Virus record (IMG/VR): IMGVR_UViG_3300008110_000181
Coordinates: 10,702-74,701 of that record
Origin: a virus
Reading direction: 5' to 3' (one strand)
Length of the DNA: 64,000 nt
Both the position numbers and the translations under genes were made by a program. How positions within the stretch are numbered: the first letter of the stretch is position 1; each line of letters begins with the position of its first letter. The notes beneath the pieces were generated by a model. That model searched no databases and was not told the origin of the DNA. It worked only from the letters and a program-made list of their open reading frames with translations. Of the stretch, positions 62,220-64,000 are shown one piece after another.

Positions 62220-62393
62220 TTATTCTTCAAATTTGTAACTTAGTTTAATGTCTTTCTTTTTGAGTTTGTAACGATCGATGTGTTTTTGACGATTGTGTTC
62301 ACTATCAAAGTAACACTTACGAGTTTCATTTCCATCTTTATAAATTAATTTCCAGGGAAATTGGTCAAAAGGAAATTCTTCAGTACGATCCAT
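62220..62393 (-). CDS. 57-aa hypothetical protein (not in ORF track)
   Basis: MDRTEEFPFDQFPWKL...SYKFEE. Confidence 0.6.
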   Translation of the reverse strand: MDRTEEFPFDQFPWKLIYKDGNETRKCYFDSEHNRQKHIDRYKLKKKDIKLSYKFEE

Positions 62394-62478
62394 CAGGTAG
62401 GTTGTTCAACACGTTGAGTATACACGGTATCAAACAGTTCGTCAAGTACCTCACTACATGTATGATACTCTTTGCTGT

Positions 62479-62970
62479 TCAGCACGGTCTTATCATACTG
62501 ATACCGACGCACAGCATCACAGGTTTTTCGTGTGCAAGAATATGATATAGATCTGGGTTCTTTGCTGCCGATATAGGAACAAACTCGGTTTTATCATCAA
62601 ACTCTTCGTCACGAATCGCCTGATTAATGACAATAGATCCCTCTTCACCAGACCAGGATCGGTGGAAAGTCATTTTAGGAATCACAAGAGCCCCAGAACT
62701 ACGATTAAGATGTACAATGTGATATGGATATCTCCACTCAGGATTCACCAGTTCAAATGTACGAATACCTTGTAGAACACGATTGTGATCTACCTGATGA
62801 TAGTGAATATAAAACTGTTTTGCACCCACAATATCATCGGGAGGACTAGTTGCTGGACCTTCGTGGACAACAAGATCCGATGCATTCGATCCTTCTACTG
62901 AAATATCGTAGAAGATAACTGATTGAGTTTCACGGAAGACTCTGTGCTTCTTAAAAGTTACTTCACTCAT
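62479..62970 (-). CDS. cupin-like hypothetical protein with a possibly aberrant C-terminus
   Basis: FYIHYHQVDHN, LVIPKMTFHRS. Confidence 0.6.
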   Translation of the reverse strand: MSEVTFKKHRVFRETQSVIFYDISVEGSNASDLVVHEGPATSPPDDIVGAKQFYIHYHQVDHNRVLQGIRTFELVNPEWRYPYHIVHLNRSSGALVIPKMTFHRSWSGEEGSIVINQAIRDEEFDDKTEFVPISAAKNPDLYHILAHEKPVMLCVGISMIRPC

Positions 62971-63564
62971 TAGTCGTAAATGTTTTGCTCTTGCTGTATT
63001 CTATCTAGGTGATGATAAATGGTCTCTTGTGAATACTTAAACTCATTAAATCGTTGCGGATTATTTTTTTGCATTTTAGTAAGCATATTGATCCACTGGT
63101 AACGACTATCAACGACCCAACCATAACGCCGTTCGTCTTGCATCATATCATAAATTGAAATCATTTGAACCCCTTGCTCTTTTTTTGTGGTATATCAATC
63201 ACTTCAATATGACTTACGAAGTTTGATGGTGACCGAAACCAAGCTGCTTGAACATCCATATAATTATCAAAAAGAACTTCTTGATTATTACTATATACCA
63301 ATTTGTAGTGATGTCTAATATACGGTTCATCCGATGTTTGTTTGAAAATTTTGGGTAATTCGGTAGTCATTTTAGATAACGTTCCTTTTCAGAGTCGAAA
63401 GTTGTCCACTTTGCTATTTTAAGGCACATCAGCAAAGTTTGGTGTTCACGATTATACAGTTCTAAATCTTCTTTAAGTTTTGCAGCATGTCGTCTTCGAT
63501 AGGCACAGCACCAGACATTATAATAGATTTTTGCCTTTTCAGAAAGAGTCATTAATTTAACCAA
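62970..63564 (-). CDS. three small hypothetical proteins
   Basis: ORFs 62970-63164, 63161-63370 and 63367-63564 with overlapping stop/start codons. Confidence 0.6.
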
Positions 63565-64000
63565 GATGTACAGAAATAAACTGACTCAAACAATATCTAC
63601 CTAATCCTTTGTTTTTATTGTCATCAGAAATGTATACTTTATTAACTGAGTGCCAAATATTAGAAGGAAATACAATACACGAATTATTCTTACATGGTAT
63701 TTTTATGTCATAATCTGGAAAAAGAAACTCACCTCCCAAAAATTGTTTTGGTTCTTTATATAACCAGGTACAGGCAGTTACATAGGAATCATCATTATGT
63801 TTTAGATAATGGTCTCCATCATCATAATAAGAAAGAAGCATAGTATCAGCATTAAAATTAATATCTTTAAAAAACCATGATGATGGGTGATTAATATAAA
63901 ATGGTTTATATAACTTTTTAAAGATATTTTTAAGATTTAACGTAGAAGCATTTGTGTGGTCACTATCTAACCAAATTCCACTATTTGCTTTTAATATTTT
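63557..64000 (-). CDS. 2OG-Fe(II) oxygenase (start probably outside the window)
   Basis: YLKHND, GGEFLF, VFPSNIWHSV, GRYCLSQF. Confidence 0.85.
   Translation of the reverse strand, partial: KILKANSGIWLDSDHTNASTLNLKNIFKKLYKPFYINHPSSWFFKDINFNADTMLLSYYDDGDHYLKHNDDSYVTACTWLYKEPKQFLGGEFLFPDYDIKIPCKNNSCIVFPSNIWHSVNKVYISDDNKNKGLGRYCLSQFISVHLG

Overview
A 64-kb segment of a T4-like cyanomyovirus. The host call rests on cp12, speD, cyanophage-type gp20/gp18/gp17 and several 2OG-Fe(II) oxygenases. Essentially all real genes are on the minus strand. Positions 1-37.3 kb hold the AT-rich late structural module, read from high to low coordinate: gp25, gp6, a 4352-aa gp7, gp8, a VrlC-like protein, small virion proteins, gp13-gp16, inserted genes, gp17, gp18, gp19 and the start of gp20. 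Late-promoter-like (N)TAAATA boxes precede many of these. Positions 37.3-39.9 kb hold speD, a GT-A-like protein and small ORFs. Positions 40.0-45.5 kb form a GC-richer early region of tiny genes with many sigma70-type promoters, ending in a phased-repeat, origin-like locus. Positions 45.5-64 kb are accessory genes: 2OG-Fe(II) oxygenases, a Gly-rich protein, RlpA, a metallopeptidase, a methyltransferase pair, CP12 and an NDP-sugar dehydratase. The most notable observations are: (1) a phycobiliprotein beta-subunit-like domain inserted in baseplate gp7, with Cys at both the beta84- and beta155-equivalent positions; (2) a 22-bp palindrome GTGCCAGT-N6-ACTGGCAC in 13 copies, 12 of them a fixed 30-32 bp from a -10 box; (3) an origin-like locus with ~31-33-bp-phased CTCGTCGAG palindromes and a perfect antisense promoter; (4) a synonymously recoded duplicate gene tail flanking a ~300-bp insertion. 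No tRNA, rRNA or CRISPR array was seen. All homology calls are from motif recognition, not database searches.
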